Source: a virus (lineage: Duplodnaviria > Caudoviricetes). From it: a stretch of DNA of 27,205 nucleotides. The notes beneath the pieces were generated by a model. That model made no database searches, was not told the DNA's origin, and saw only the letters and a program-made list of their open reading frames with translations. The position numbers and the translations under genes are program-made. The stretch spans positions 1-27,205 of the IMG/VR virus record IMGVR_UViG_3300017778_001897, one strand, 5' to 3'. Shown here piece after piece: positions 15,244-23,989 of the stretch (its first letter is position 1; each line of letters begins with the position of its first letter).

Positions 15244-16812
15244 TTAAAATCTAACAATGAGTTTTATATTTTCTGCTTGACCCTCTGTGCGAGTCGTTTT
15301 TAATGCGTTCTCCGTATACAGAACATCACCAGTATATGGTTCAAATTCAGGATTAGAACCACGAACAACAATTCTGGATGTACCAGAGTTTGCGCCCGTT
15401 AAAGAAAGACCAGTTGTAAAAATTCCTTGCACACGAGTCAATTTAATAGTATTAGTAGATTGATCTATAACATGTCCGTAGGCACTGGCATTATTTGCTG
15501 CTACTCCCTGATAAACATATTCATCTAATGCATACGATGCACCAGAAACAATTGTCAAGTCTGTTGTTTGGGAAATGAAAGAATTAGCATTTGCATTTGT
15601 GACAACAGAAGATTCTCCATATTTATGAGGGTTTATTACAATGCCGAATTGTCTGAATGTAGTATTAGCAGAGATTTTACCGAGTTCAGTAGAATCAATC
15701 TCACCAATCCTCGACGATACCATTAAGTTTGAACCACCTAATTCTTTGGCTGGATTATACGCATGTCCAAATTTTGGAGACACAATACATCGAACATTGG
15801 CAGTATTAGCACCAGTGCCTGTTCCATACACATATGCATTAGCATGACTGTATCCAGTTCCAATTGTTGTTATTGTAACTTTAGATATATTTCCAGTGGT
15901 CGAACCTGAGAGAAATGGTGTGGCAACTGCACCAATACCATCACCATCAATATAAATTCTAGTTGTTATAGACAATTGATTAGCAGCACTTCCACCACCA
16001 TTAGAGGTAACAGCACGTGATAAAGTTATTTTATTATTTGGAATGTCTAATGAATAGATGTAAGTCTGAGCAGGAATACCCAAACCAGAAACTGCCATAT
16101 TTGCCACTACATTTGTTGTGTTGGCAAGAGTTAAGATAGTGCATCCTGTAGCATATGATACTACGGTGACATTATTGTGAAAGTATGCCGAACCTTTATC
16201 GACCACAACAATAGTAGTCAATTCACCATCAATAACTCCAATGTCATTAACTCCATAATCCAATTGTCTAGTGGATGCTGGTGCTGGAATCCAGGCATCT
16301 GACAAAAATTTATTGGAAGGTTTAAGATTATACATGTACTTCCAAATATACCCATCAGCAGTTGCGATATTACCATTTGATGATGTGTAGTCACCAGTGG
16401 GTTCTACTGTCGAGTTTGCAGAAGCATTATTCGATAAGCACTTGTAGACATTACGTGCCGATGTAAACGCATATATTGGTTTTAGATTTTGTGTGGTATT
16501 CGAAGAAAGCAAATCTGATACTGTAATAGTATCATCATATTGACGATACTTTGTATTGGCAGTCCATGTTACTTTGGGGATGACCAGTTCAACATCATTG
16601 CCAGTAATTCGTTTGGCAGCCATCATATTATCCCACACATCCTTCTCATCAACAATGGTATCAACTATAGAATTGGGAGACAATTCATTCGCATACGCCA
16701 AATGATTGCCTACAAAAACATAACCAATAGTAGGTGCTGCTTCAGTAAAGCTCTCTTTGAACTGCTCGGCAGCATTAAATGCTAATTTTTTAGTTGTTAC
16801 TGTTGTAGGCAT
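15244..16812 (-). CDS. gp8: Baseplate wedge subunit gp8
   Basis: VWDNMMAAKRI...VIPKVTW...Y..YDD, VYKCLSN...STVEPTG, DGYIWKYMY, SPKFGH..NP.KELG, FRQFGIV.NP, GDVLY.EN....R.EGQAENIKLIVRF; synteny after gp6 and gp7. Confidence 0.9.
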   Translation of the reverse strand: MPTTVTTKKLAFNAAEQFKESFTEAAPTIGYVFVGNHLAYANELSPNSIVDTIVDEKDVWDNMMAAKRITGNDVELVIPKVTWTANTKYRQYDDTITVSDLLSSNTTQNLKPIYAFTSARNVYKCLSNNASANSTVEPTGDYTSSNGNIATADGYIWKYMYNLKPSNKFLSDAWIPAPASTRQLDYGVNDIGVIDGELTTIVVVDKGSAYFHNNVTVVSYATGCTILTLANTTNVVANMAVSGLGIPAQTYIYSLDIPNNKITLSRAVTSNGGGSAANQLSITTRIYIDGDGIGAVATPFLSGSTTGNISKVTITTIGTGYSHANAYVYGTGTGANTANVRCIVSPKFGHAYNPAKELGGSNLMVSSRIGEIDSTELGKISANTTFRQFGIVINPHKYGESSVVTNANANSFISQTTDLTIVSGASYALDEYVYQGVAANNASAYGHVIDQSTNTIKLTRVQGIFTTGLSLTGANSGTSRIVVRGSNPEFEPYTGDVLYTENALKTTRTEGQAENIKLIVRF

Positions 16813-16818
16813 AATCTC

Positions 16819-16826
16819 TATTTATC
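16819..16826 (-). promoter_or_regulatory. Late promoter variant GATAAATA directly upstream of gp8
   Basis: 7/8 match to TATAAATA, overlapping the TGA-TAA stops of gp7; ends 6 nt before the ATG (16812). Confidence 0.6.
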
Positions 16827-19353
16827 AAGAACTTGTGGTTGAAATGAAAATTGTTTGGTAATTTGCGTATTGAGTAAATGGACTCGATACCGTCAAGACT
16901 GTATTACTTTGAATAGAGTTGATGGTTCTAATCTGATTATTAACCGAAATATACGAACCAATGGTCAGAATACCTCTAGTATTTGCTATGTTGAAACGAG
17001 TATTTATTCCAGTTACATAGATAGATGAATTGACATTCACCCTACCTGAAATGGTCAGGAAACTAGCATTTGCGGTATCAATAGTGTTTCCAACAATCTC
17101 ACTAGTCCTATTGTAATTTGCATAGTTGATGAATCCAACTGGATGTAACAACTCCTTTAATATCTTTTTATACTTGGTAAATTCAACAGTCGAAGAAGTT
17201 ACATAGGAATAATCAATGTAATAATTTGAACCCGCCAATCTACGGTCAGCAGCAGACAGAATGGATTCGGTACTTGTCCATCTCCCTTCGGTTGCCAGAT
17301 ATGATCTTTCAATCTCAGCATTAGCAGTGGCAGTTCCACTACCCTTACCTGATAAGTCTACAATTGGCAAGTATTCATATCCCGAACCAGGATTAATAAT
17401 CCTAACACTTAAAATTGATCCTGGTTGAGCAACCGAATTAGCAGCAGATAATTGCTCACCATCAGATGCCAAACAGAATATTTCAATATTAGCAGAAGTG
17501 CCAATATTTGAAGAAACAGTTACTGCGGGAAAACTGTTAGCCACATAATTTATACCACCCAAAGGCAGTTTATCATACAGTCCAATATTTCTATTTGTCG
17601 CAGTGGTTAAAAAAACAGCATTGACACGCATCGAAGTGTCGGAATAAATTGTGTCAACAAAACGAGATTCGTTATTAATAACAACCCTATCATTGACTTT
17701 TAACTCACTGCCGAAAAATGTTCCTGTTCCTGTGACGTAGGCATTGGTAGAAACAATATTCGCAGTTCCAGCAATTCTTGGGGGTTGAACTTCAATACGA
17801 GTGATGGCACCTATAGCACTTGTGCGAGAAACTACGGCAGCAGCTCCTGCTCCAAAAGACATTCGAGGATTAGGTCCAAATACTATTTCATCACCTGGAA
17901 CATATCCCGAACCACCAGAATTTATTTTGAATCGACCAATCGAACCAAATCCTCTTGCCGTATGAGTAACCGTATTATTTGCTACTTGATAAGCAGCACC
18001 GACAGCATCAAGCACTGGTGTTACAGTTGTTGGAGTGGTTGACAAAAGAATCTTTACATTTGAAATCGGACCAACGGTTAGGTTCTGGAATGTCAGAGCA
18101 TCAGATATTCGTGTTGTAGAATTCGAGTTAGCAACTTTCTGTCCAGTGAAACCATAATTGGTGGCTAAGATGCTCAATCCAGGAAAATCAGAAATTGTAT
18201 CAGTAGATACGGAATAAACATTTCCTGCGTTAGCACCAGATACATCAATACCATCAACCACAAGACTTAGAAAAGCAGAAGCATTTCCAGAAACATTGAT
18301 ACCTGACGCATCAGTAAATACCGCACCACCACTATTGATATTGATGTTATCGATATAACCTTCAAAGACATCATCGATAATAGCAGTAGCATCAAGAGTT
18401 GAACCTCCACCACTAACCACCACAACATCACCAACATTGTAACTGTTGCCACCCTCTATTATATTGATTCTTCTAATAATAGAAAATGTAGTGGCTTGAA
18501 CAGAAATCAAAACACCATTCGAATCTATAATGTCCGTATTTACAACTTCACCATTTTGAAAGTTACCGAACAAAGTTTTTGTGCTGATGACTAATTCGAT
18601 TGGAAGACCCAAGTTCAATTGGTCAGTAATAATTCTTCGTGACGATCTTTCCACAATAGCAGTAGCACCCGAAGATGCTCCTGTTATTTTTCTATTGTTT
18701 AATAGGTCGATATTGAATGCTTGATAAACAATCTTGACAACTGACCCACTTGCGGGTGGAGTGTCAAATATAATCTTACGATACTCTCTGCGTAGTGAAA
18801 AACCCGATGATTGAACTACATCATTGACATAAACGGTAATGTCATTAAGAGTTGAGAATTGTGCCAGTATAAATGTTTTGACTGTTCCGTTACATGTATA
18901 AACAGTTGCTATATCTTGATTAACACGAAGTTTGTTATCTACTACCCAATTACCAGCAGAAGCACGAAGAACATTATTCTTTGGATAAATGATATCCAAC
19001 TCTTCATCGAATAACATTCTGAATAAAAACTTAAAAGATTTTTCCGAACCTTTAGAGAGATACAATGGTAAGACATTTTTTATCAATGTCGCTTTATCCA
19101 CTGATACATCACGTGGCAATAGATTGGCATAGGTGTTAAAAAAGTTATCCTCAAACTGATTAATTGATGCATCAACATCAAAATTAGTTCTTAAATCTTT
19201 TGCTTTACTAGTCAAATCATTATTATTTGTTCCTTGTTTATTTTCAAGAAACTCATAGTATGCTTCAACAAATGCAATAAACGTAGGATACTCTTCCCTA
19301 ATATACTCAGGAATTTGTCGATTTATAAGAACCGAAGTTTTTAGATCGCTCAT
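16825..19353 (-). CDS. gp7: Baseplate wedge protein, gp7-like (cyanophage type)
   Basis: LINRQIPEYIREEYP.F..F.EAYYEFLE, IKN...LY.SKG.EKSFKFLFRMLF.EE..I.YP...LRAS.G.W and YY.DYSY.......KYK..LKELLHPVGF; between gp6 and gp8. Confidence 0.75.
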   Translation of the reverse strand: MSDLKTSVLINRQIPEYIREEYPTFIAFVEAYYEFLENKQGTNNNDLTSKAKDLRTNFDVDASINQFEDNFFNTYANLLPRDVSVDKATLIKNVLPLYLSKGSEKSFKFLFRMLFDEELDIIYPKNNVLRASAGNWVVDNKLRVNQDIATVYTCNGTVKTFILAQFSTLNDITVYVNDVVQSSGFSLRREYRKIIFDTPPASGSVVKIVYQAFNIDLLNNRKITGASSGATAIVERSSRRIITDQLNLGLPIELVISTKTLFGNFQNGEVVNTDIIDSNGVLISVQATTFSIIRRINIIEGGNSYNVGDVVVVSGGGSTLDATAIIDDVFEGYIDNININSGGAVFTDASGINVSGNASAFLSLVVDGIDVSGANAGNVYSVSTDTISDFPGLSILATNYGFTGQKVANSNSTTRISDALTFQNLTVGPISNVKILLSTTPTTVTPVLDAVGAAYQVANNTVTHTARGFGSIGRFKINSGGSGYVPGDEIVFGPNPRMSFGAGAAAVVSRTSAIGAITRIEVQPPRIAGTANIVSTNAYVTGTGTFFGSELKVNDRVVINNESRFVDTIYSDTSMRVNAVFLTTATNRNIGLYDKLPLGGINYVANSFPAVTVSSNIGTSANIEIFCLASDGEQLSAANSVAQPGSILSVRIINPGSGYEYLPIVDLSGKGSGTATANAEIERSYLATEGRWTSTESILSAADRRLAGSNYYIDYSYVTSSTVEFTKYKKILKELLHPVGFINYANYNRTSEIVGNTIDTANASFLTISGRVNVNSSIYVTGINTRFNIANTRGILTIGSYISVNNQIRTINSIQSNTVLTVSSPFTQYANYQTIFISTTSS

Positions 19354-21395
19354 TATTGTTCAACAATTAATACAGTTGAAATAGCAGTTGGGTCAGTATC
19401 ATCAATTGTTACAATAGTATTTCTATTGGTTTTAATTACCGTATTCTCGGATTCTATAGTAAAACGAATAAATCCATCAGTTGAAACTACGGATAGAATT
19501 CTAATATCATTAATTTTTAATGTTCCGAGATTATAATCAATAGTACCCGCATTTGAATTAACAATTTGTCTTTCGGAGAATTGATTATAATAAACTGTTC
19601 GTAAAGTTCCTGTTCTTGAGTCAATCACTGGAATAGCAGATGCACCATATCCTCCACCACCAGAAATAGTAATAATAGCACGTGTATAATCAATACCACG
19701 ATTGGATATCTCTATTTTAGAAATTTTTCCATTGACTAATACAGCATACGCTTCTGCTCCAATACCGTCACCTGTAATAGTTATAGTTGGAGGGGAAGTA
19801 TAATCAATACCTGGATTTAAAACTTCAACATAGGATATCCCCGAAAACGATTGAGGAACTTCTTCAAATTGAACTTGTCTTTCAACACCATTTTCCAAAG
19901 TCGTGAAAAAAGTAGAAGTTAATTTATTACCAATAGTTCCCCTAAAAAGTGGAACATTGAAATTAACTGTGTATGGTTTCTCGGAGATCAAAGAAGGAAG
20001 TAATCTTTTTTGAACACGAACAGTTGATTGTGAACCAAAAAACGAATTTAATTCCGTGTTATCAATAGTTTTTTGAAGTTTGGATAACACAAACTTGGAG
20101 GAAAATTTATTCAAATAAACATTGTTATAATTTATAATTGCAGTTCGTATATTCTCTTTAAGAAGTCCTTCAGTCAAAGTTGTTTTTCTTGGGTCATATC
20201 TAACCGTATTTTCCAAAAGTATATACAAGTATTCAGGATCACGAATAATTACATCAGTGGTAACAATTGCTTTGGGTTTTATAACCTCATCGATAATTCT
20301 TTGTTTTTCTGCTTCTGAAATATAATAATTTGCTTTTGGTTTTAAAGAAATAAACACTTTACCATAAACTGGTTTTTCTTCATCCTCCCCACCCCAAACA
20401 GAAATGGAATCTAAAGAAGTATAGTTTTGTAAAATATATGTTTCATAATCTTTAAATGTTACCAATCTATTCTGTGTAGCAAATTGTGATGCGGTAGAAA
20501 ACTTAATTGAGTCTAAATCTTCTCGAAAAGAACCACCAGAAGCAGTTGATACTAAAGATGTAATTATGTTGGAATAACCACCTATAAATGCTGAACTTAT
20601 AAATGAATTTGCTTTATTTGCGGCTGTGCCAGAAGTAATCAAATAATTAACAGTTATAACTGAACCATCCAGTAATGCTTCTCCTATTACGCCGTCACCA
20701 AAACTAATTTGGTATTTTCCATCAAGTCCTTCATTTAAAAAATAAACTAGTGACGATGCCGTTACATCAAGGATGTCTGTTACTTTACTATAAGTAAAAC
20801 TCGTTGTATTTGCTACATTAGGATTAACAGTAACTTTAAGTGTTCTGGTATCAACATTTTGGTTTGGTATCACAAACACAGATTTTGGATTTGATGCTGA
20901 ATCATAAACTTGACTGAACGTTGCATACTGACCTTCATAGATATCAATATTTTCAAAAACATATTGTGTTCCTGTTTTGGAAACAGTTACGTCTTCAATA
21001 GTTACGAAATTATATGAACGATTATCAATTGCCTCAGAATAAAAGGCAAAACCACGTGGGATAGTTGCAGTCCCATCAACGGATGTCGCAGTTTCAACAG
21101 ATACGTTTATTGTTGCTTTTGGAGCAGTAATTGAATAGGGAACATAATTGAGTGTCTTGGCGTGTGACACTACAGCAGCACGAGTGATTGCCGTATCCAA
21201 AAAGGATTCATTCGCAACCATGTTTAAATAGTATGCGTTATAGTGTGTATTATATGCCAGAATGTCTAGTAAAACATTTAGACCAGCACCCTCGAAGTCA
21301 TAGTCTGTAAACTCTGATTGTTGTTTTAAATAATTTTTTAAGTTAGTTTTGATTGTATCAAAATCAAGGTCTGTAATTTGTAAACGAGCAGCCAT
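19353..21395 (-). CDS. gp6: Baseplate wedge subunit gp6
   Basis: LDFDTIK.NL..YL..QSEFTDYDFEG.GLNVLLD.LAYNTHY..YY.NM..NESFLD.A..R..VVSHAK.L.Y.P, YQISFGDG..G, QNRLVT..DY, VWGGE, GKVFIS.KP, GTIDY..G. Confidence 0.95.
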   Translation of the reverse strand: MAARLQITDLDFDTIKTNLKNYLKQQSEFTDYDFEGAGLNVLLDILAYNTHYNAYYLNMVANESFLDTAITRAAVVSHAKTLNYVPYSITAPKATINVSVETATSVDGTATIPRGFAFYSEAIDNRSYNFVTIEDVTVSKTGTQYVFENIDIYEGQYATFSQVYDSASNPKSVFVIPNQNVDTRTLKVTVNPNVANTTSFTYSKVTDILDVTASSLVYFLNEGLDGKYQISFGDGVIGEALLDGSVITVNYLITSGTAANKANSFISSAFIGGYSNIITSLVSTASGGSFREDLDSIKFSTASQFATQNRLVTFKDYETYILQNYTSLDSISVWGGEDEEKPVYGKVFISLKPKANYYISEAEKQRIIDEVIKPKAIVTTDVIIRDPEYLYILLENTVRYDPRKTTLTEGLLKENIRTAIINYNNVYLNKFSSKFVLSKLQKTIDNTELNSFFGSQSTVRVQKRLLPSLISEKPYTVNFNVPLFRGTIGNKLTSTFFTTLENGVERQVQFEEVPQSFSGISYVEVLNPGIDYTSPPTITITGDGIGAEAYAVLVNGKISKIEISNRGIDYTRAIITISGGGGYGASAIPVIDSRTGTLRTVYYNQFSERQIVNSNAGTIDYNLGTLKINDIRILSVVSTDGFIRFTIESENTVIKTNRNTIVTIDDTDPTAISTVLIVEQ

Positions 21396-21815
21396 TTATC
21401 GATTCCGTTCAAGGAAAAAAGTGATTGTAATTGGTAGTGATTGATTAATAACTTTAAAATATACTTCCACTGAAAAAGCATTTTTATCATAGTCGGGTTT
21501 GACAATGACTTGAATATCTTCTTCGGAATTAGAAATAGCTCTCGGTTCATAATTTTTTATGACTTGATATATTTCTCTCTGTAGAGCGATTGCCGTTATA
21601 GGATCAAGATGTTCAAACAATAGTTTACGAACATTCGAACCTATTTCTGGTTGGAATGGTTTTTCGTAGTGATTGGTGAGCACTAGATTTTTTATCGAAT
21701 TAATAACTGCCTTGACACCGACATGTTTATTAATATCCTTTTTGACAGGATGGACAATGAACGATAAGTCCAAATCCTTAAAATCTCGTACTACATCTGT
21801 TGTAACTGTAGCCAT
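21396..21815 (-). CDS. gp25: Baseplate wedge subunit gp25
   Basis: FKDLDLSF..HPV.KDI.....VKAVINSIKNLVLT...EKPFQP.IGS.V..LLFE...IKNYEPR; directly upstream of gp6. Confidence 0.93.
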   Translation of the reverse strand: MATVTTDVVRDFKDLDLSFIVHPVKKDINKHVGVKAVINSIKNLVLTNHYEKPFQPEIGSNVRKLLFEHLDPITAIALQREIYQVIKNYEPRAISNSEEDIQVIVKPDYDKNAFSVEVYFKVINQSLPITITFFLERNR

Positions 21816-21819
21816 ATGC

Positions 21820-21827
21820 TATTTATC
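21820..21827 (-). promoter_or_regulatory. Late promoter variant GATAAATA directly upstream of gp25
   Basis: 7/8 match, intergenic, ends 4 nt before the ATG (21815). Confidence 0.6.
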
Positions 21828-21830
21828 CAT

Positions 21831-22685
21831 TTATGTGGGGAAAACACCCGTGTTTGAATCGTGGTATATGGGTGCTGACACATTTGCTATCAATTCATCT
21901 GTTCCTACTTTATAATAAACAAGATGTGATTTCATTTTACCCATATTGTTAAACTGTGAAACTGTTCCCATATCTCTGGCAATTTCGTTTGCTTTTTTAA
22001 AAAAATTCCAATCATGTAATCTACGAGTAGCAATCATCGTATTAGCAATAGAAATATATGAGTTGATTGTTTCCAGTGCCAAACCACCCAAATTAGACGA
22101 TTGAGTTACTGGAAATCCACTAACTATTATTGATGAATTCAATGAGGCGTAAGCATTGGCAAGTATTGACGCATTCGATGTTAATTGATTGTTAATATAT
22201 AAACTAGTAAAACTGCCCAATGCTCCAACTGTATTTGCCACATTATCGGCAGCATAAAGAATTTGGACTAATGTTTCTCCTACTCCCATAGCGGATTCAT
22301 ACTCAGGTATGTCTGCATCCACAGTAAATCCATCGGCAGTCGTGTCAATTACACCAGAGATATTATCAGTGTGTGATTTGAATCTATCTAACTCAAGAAT
22401 AAAATTATTTGCTTGTGTGGCGATATTCGATAATGAAAGATTTTGTGCCAATAAAGTAATTGAATTTGCAGTATTGCGTAATGTGATATAAAGATTTGCT
22501 GTGGGATTTCTATAATATCTACTTCTAATAGCAGTTGAATCCGCAACATCTCTATATTGCCAAGTATACAAACTGTTTTTTTGTATTTCTAAATTTTTCT
22601 TTGCTCCATCTAAAAGTTGATCCGCACCTTCAAAATTAACTGAATCAAAATTATATCCTAATCGTCCAAACACAGTATTTGCCAT
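21831..22685 (-). CDS. Hypothetical, likely alpha-helical virion protein between gp5 and gp25
   Basis: 284-aa ORF with GGAG SD (22693-22696), same strand and packing as neighbours; no family recognised. Confidence 0.6.
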   Translation of the reverse strand: MANTVFGRLGYNFDSVNFEGADQLLDGAKKNLEIQKNSLYTWQYRDVADSTAIRSRYYRNPTANLYITLRNTANSITLLAQNLSLSNIATQANNFILELDRFKSHTDNISGVIDTTADGFTVDADIPEYESAMGVGETLVQILYAADNVANTVGALGSFTSLYINNQLTSNASILANAYASLNSSIIVSGFPVTQSSNLGGLALETINSYISIANTMIATRRLHDWNFFKKANEIARDMGTVSQFNNMGKMKSHLVYYKVGTDELIANVSAPIYHDSNTGVFPT

Positions 22686-22705
22686 TTTATTTCTCCATTA
22701 TATTT

Positions 22706-23983
22706 TTAAGCTGAAACAGTTACTCCAGAAAATCCAGAAGAACCTGCTGTTCCTGCTGCGCCTGCTGCACCTCCAGCGGCCGCCCCACCAGCAGAAGAAC
22801 CACTTCCCATAGGAGGATCTGGAAAAAATGGTGGTGTAGTTGGACCAGCTTTATTCTTATGGTAGTGTTTATTATATTTTAATCTCAATGACATCAAAAA
22901 TCCACCAAAATCTCTAACCATTAAAAACCCACCAAGTGGTGCTTTTACTGCCAAAGATGCATCAATGACTCCTGGTATTCCACCATTTGGTGCGGGTATA
23001 CCACATTTGATTCCACCAACACACACTATCCCACCTTCTCCAACAAACATACCACCATCGGCAGTTACTGCTCCAGAAGAACCAATTGTAGCTGCGCTCA
23101 ATGCTCCTCCAATAAAAACTTCAGAATTTAAAAAAATATTTTGTAATTTTCCTGGAGCATCTAAAGTTATTGCGCTAGTTGATGCTGCACTTCCTCCAGC
23201 AGCAAATTTCATATCACCACCACTAGTTGCTTTTAATCCTTGTTTTCCAACAAAATTAATTTTACCATCAACTCTTAAATTGTAGTCACCTTTAACATAT
23301 TCATCTCTGTCACCATTAACCTCTAGTAAGCAATCTCCAGTCACTGAAACATGGCATGTTCCCTGAACTAAAACTTTATTGTCCTTTGCTGAGATATGAT
23401 AACTTGTTCCCCTACTATTAGTGATAATGTCTCCATTATCTTTTATTTCAATGTATGAGTTTGACGGTCCGTGTTCAATAGCAATAAATGATTCACCTGA
23501 AGCACCAGACATAAACACCGCACTCTTTGACTCTGGACATTGCAGAACTGTCATGTGTCCGATATGAACAGGATTCAGAGCTGAATCTGCGTTACCAGTT
23601 CGTTGCTCCATTTGTCGAAGGGGAGTATTCCAAGCATTTTTTCCTGGAAAATTCTTTAATGCTTGTTCTTCCTCTGCGGCAAATAAGTTTCTTGTTTCTG
23701 CCGTTTGTTTTAATGCTTGATCTATCGGAGAATCTGGAACTATAGTTTCTGGAAGAATACTGCCATATCCAGCCGATGCACTAGCCAATGCTGTTTCTGA
23801 TACAGCAGGAATATCATCTACCACTGGAGTAGTTATGGCGGCACTATCTTGCACTTGCGAATTTATAATCGCCGATATACTATCTGGTGCTACATAGACG
23901 CCACTTTGTGCATTGGTTTGCTGTGAGATTTGTGTTGCTTTTGCTATAATCTCTGCTAGTTGTTCTTCTTTAGTTGCCACCAT
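22706..23983 (-). CDS. gp5: Central spike, gp5 C-terminal part (triple beta-helix needle with HxH motif)
   Basis: Five VxGxxxxx octapeptides (VQGTCHVS VTGDCLLE VNGDRDEY VKGDYNLR VDGKINFV) preceded by a diverged gp5 segment (E..I.IEHG..SYIEI..NGD); YNKHYH...GPTTPP near the end; SD AGGAG at 23987-23991. Confidence 0.75.
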   Translation of the reverse strand: MVATKEEQLAEIIAKATQISQQTNAQSGVYVAPDSISAIINSQVQDSAAITTPVVDDIPAVSETALASASAGYGSILPETIVPDSPIDQALKQTAETRNLFAAEEEQALKNFPGKNAWNTPLRQMEQRTGNADSALNPVHIGHMTVLQCPESKSAVFMSGASGESFIAIEHGPSNSYIEIKDNGDIITNSRGTSYHISAKDNKVLVQGTCHVSVTGDCLLEVNGDRDEYVKGDYNLRVDGKINFVGKQGLKATSGGDMKFAAGGSAASTSAITLDAPGKLQNIFLNSEVFIGGALSAATIGSSGAVTADGGMFVGEGGIVCVGGIKCGIPAPNGGIPGVIDASLAVKAPLGGFLMVRDFGGFLMSLRLKYNKHYHKNKAGPTTPPFFPDPPMGSGSSAGGAAAGGAAGAAGTAGSSGFSGVTVSA

Positions 23984-23989
23984 TCACTC

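Noticed and set aside
15620-15627. CATAAATA inside gp8 as an internal late promoter for the DUF4815 gene
   Set aside because: Intragenic, about 390 nt from the next start, and expected by chance in AT-rich DNA.
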